Assembly: GCA_052034235.1 (NCBI GenBank)
Contig: JBPOIT010000002.1
Coordinates: 5,939-69,938 of the forward strand
DNA from: Candidatus Levyibacteriota bacterium
GTDB lineage: Bacteria; Patescibacteriota; Microgenomatia; Levybacterales; UBA12049
Reading direction: 5' to 3'
Length of the DNA: 64,000 nt
In this document: in pieces, positions 61,762 through 64,000 of the stretch
Position numbering within the stretch: position 1 is the first letter of the stretch
How the letters are laid out: each line of letters begins with the position of its first letter
Notes under the pieces: model-generated
What the model was told of the DNA's origin: nothing
The model's database searches: none
Seen by the model: the letters and a program-made list of their open reading frames with translations, nothing else
Program-made: the position numbers and the translations under genes

Positions 61762-64000
61762 AAAACGAAGAAATTCAATTAGAAGGAATAAGACTGAAAG
61801 TGTTTATGGATCGCTATTCTCTGAAAGACGAGAAGGGTGAACCAACAGAACACACTCCTGCAGAAATGTGGAGAAGGGTAGCTCGTGGTATTGCTGCAAC
61901 TGAAAAGAAGGCTGATCGCAAACAATGGGAAGATACCTTCTATCACACGATGGAAGATTTCAAATTTGTGCCTGCCGGTCGTATTCTTTCAGGCGCGGGT
62001 ACAGGTTATCAAGTAACATATTTTAATTGCTTTGTTATTCCATCTCCAAAAGATTCACGCCATGGCATTTTAGAAGCACTCGGCCAATTAGTTGAGATTC
62101 AAGCTCGCTCAGGCGGCGTTGGCCTTAATCTTTCATCGCTTCGTCCGAAAGGCGCACGTGTCAAAAAAGTAAACGGCACATCATCAGGTCCTGTTAACTG
62201 GGCAACACTCTTCTCAGTCGCAACTCATGATATTGTCCAGCAGGGTGGATCACGTCGCGGTGCAACCATGCTTATGCTTTGGGATTGGCATCCAGATATT
62301 GAGGAGTTCATCACTGTCAAACAAGACCTTACCAAGATTAACGGCGCAAATCTCTCAGTTTGTATCTCCGACGGCTTCATGGAAGCTGTGAAGAAAGATG
62401 ACGATTGGGATCTTGTCTATCCTGATCTTACCGATTCGAAATATGATTCAGACTGGGATGGCGACATGACAAAATGGCGCAAACTTGGTGGAAAAGTTAT
62501 TGTCCACAAAACCGTTAAAGCACGATATCTCTGGGATCTGATCTGCACTGCTGCCTGGCGCAGCGCAGAACCTGGACTGCACTTTTTGGAGCGCAGTAAT
62601 AAGCGTTCAAATACCTGGTACTTTGAGCAGTTGGTTGCAACCAACCCGTGCGGTGAACAGCCGCTCGGTCCTTGGGCTGTCTGCAACCTCGGTGCTATGA
62701 ATTTGGCTGCGTATGTGGATGCAAAGGGTGAATTTGATTACACCAACTTTGGACGTGACGTTCGTGTTGCGATTCGTATGCTTGATAACGTTATTGATGA
62801 GACATACTATTTTTTCAAAGAAAACGAAACAGTTGCCAAGGATATCCGCCGAACAGGGCTTGGTATCATGGGTATTGCTGACGCACTTATCAAGATGAAA
62901 ATCAGATATGGCTCAGAAGAATCGCTTCCAGTCATCAGAAAGATCTTCCAAACACTCCGTGACCATGCGTATGAAGCATCAGCAGATCTTGCCAAAGAAA
63001 AAGGCAAATTCCCTAAGTTTGAGAAAGAAAAATATCTGAAGGGTTATCATGTGCAAGCTTTGCCAAAGAAACTTCAGGATAAAATTGCGAAGCAGGGAAT
63101 CCGAAATGCTGTTTTATTGACGATTGCTCCAACAGGAACAACATCACTTCTTGCCGGTGTTTCAAGTGGTATTGAACCAGTTTATGAATTTGTTTTCCGC
63201 CGCCGTGACAGAACCGGCGAACACATGATGTATCATCCGCTGCTTGAAGAATGGAAGAAACAACACCCAACGGAAGAGCGTCCTGAATATTTTGCATCAG
63301 CCAATGATTTAACCCCACTTGAACATACCAAAGTGCAGGCTATTGCTCAGGAATATATAGACTCATCAATTTCAAAGACAGTAAACGCACCTAATGCTCA
63401 TACTGTTGATGACGTGAAGTCGCTTTACATGGCAGCATATGACATGGGACTGAAAGGTGTAACCTATATGCGCGATGGATCACGACAAGGTGTTCTTGAG
63501 CGAGTTGATGAAAAACCAAAAGCTGCTGAAGCAACTGTTGCGCAGGAAGAAGTTAAGCCAACCATTCCAGTAACACCTCGTATCCCACGTCCAAGTGTGT
63601 TGATGGGTGTGACCTACAAGGCTGATAGTCCAATCGGTAAGATCTACATGACTATCAATGAAAATGAGAAACGTGAACCGTTTGAAGTCTTTATCAACCA
63701 TGGAAAATCAGGCTCTGATCTTATGGCTATGGCCGATGCGTTGGGACGTATGATTTCATTTGTCCTTCGTATCCATAGTCCTGTCCCAGCACGTGAACGT
63801 ATGCGAGAAATCGTATCTGAGCTTTCAGGTATCGGTGGATCACGCAGTATTGGATTTGGTGAAAATAGAGTCAGGTCTCTGCCTGATGCAGTCGCGAAAG
63901 TCCTCGCCAAACACTTCCAATTCCGTGTCAATGGCAAAGTAGAGGACAAGCAAACTATCGAAGCGGTTCATGCAACACCTATGGGAACAGCAACTGATGT
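61758..64000 (+). CDS. nrdJ: Class II (adenosylcobalamin-dependent) ribonucleotide reductase, partial at window end
   Basis: Read by hand from ATG 61758 (ATGA overlap with nrdR): PAGRIL, FNCFV, GGVG, QQGGSRRGA, TNPCGEQPL, CNLG, RRTGLG, IAPTGT, ISKTVN, KGVTYMRDGSR, then a TSCPD-like tail. Confidence 0.93.
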   Translation, partial: MKNEEIQLEGIRLKVFMDRYSLKDEKGEPTEHTPAEMWRRVARGIAATEKKADRKQWEDTFYHTMEDFKFVPAGRILSGAGTGYQVTYFNCFVIPSPKDSRHGILEALGQLVEIQARSGGVGLNLSSLRPKGARVKKVNGTSSGPVNWATLFSVATHDIVQQGGSRRGATMLMLWDWHPDIEEFITVKQDLTKINGANLSVCISDGFMEAVKKDDDWDLVYPDLTDSKYDSDWDGDMTKWRKLGGKVIVHKTVKARYLWDLICTAAWRSAEPGLHFLERSNKRSNTWYFEQLVATNPCGEQPLGPWAVCNLGAMNLAAYVDAKGEFDYTNFGRDVRVAIRMLDNVIDETYYFFKENETVAKDIRRTGLGIMGIADALIKMKIRYGSEESLPVIRKIFQTLRDHAYEASADLAKEKGKFPKFEKEKYLKGYHVQALPKKLQDKIAKQGIRNAVLLTIAPTGTTSLLAGVSSGIEPVYEFVFRRRDRTGEHMMYHPLLEEWKKQHPTEERPEYFASANDLTPLEHTKVQAIAQEYIDSSISKTVNAPNAHTVDDVKSLYMAAYDMGLKGVTYMRDGSRQGVLERVDEKPKAAEATVAQEEVKPTIPVTPRIPRPSVLMGVTYKADSPIGKIYMTINENEKREPFEVFINHGKSGSDLMAMADALGRMISFVLRIHSPVPARERMREIVSELSGIGGSRSIGFGENRVRSLPDAVAKVLAKHFQFRVNGKVEDKQTIEAVHATPMGTATD

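Noticed and set aside
61758-64000. Intein or intron in nrdJ
   Set aside because: The catalytic motifs follow one another at ordinary spacing in one open frame, with no splicing motifs seen.

Overview
This is a gene-dense, AT-rich bacterial chromosomal segment read with the standard code (TGA is a stop). Gene content and style suggest Candidate Phyla Radiation, probably Microgenomates; that assignment is inferred, not database-confirmed. In order, the window holds: an atypical F1Fo-like ATPase operon (minus strand); Mg/Ca transport and thiol-redox genes; dnaG-rpoD; an orphan histidine kinase (a second lies near 41 kb); tRNA-Asn; a ~16 kb stress, metal and drug-resistance block (copA/copZ with a CsoR-type operator, three VOC proteins, ArsR-SRPBCC, MFS); surface and cell-wall proteins; a three-gene sugar-modification cluster; a complete trpR-trpEGDCFBA operon with trpS; gap; a cmk-like kinase; and nrdR-nrdJ, which runs off the right edge. 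Two systems stand out. (1) The trp repressor gene appears to double as the attenuator leader peptide: it ends in KTGWWRS, like the E. coli TrpL end KGWWRTS, and overlaps a four-segment attenuator directly before trpE. (2) The ATPase operon lacks atpB, and its c-subunit slot holds a signal-peptide-bearing protein that fuses an extracytoplasmic domain to a c-like hairpin without the ion-binding carboxylate. All product calls rest on motif recognition by eye; no searches were run.
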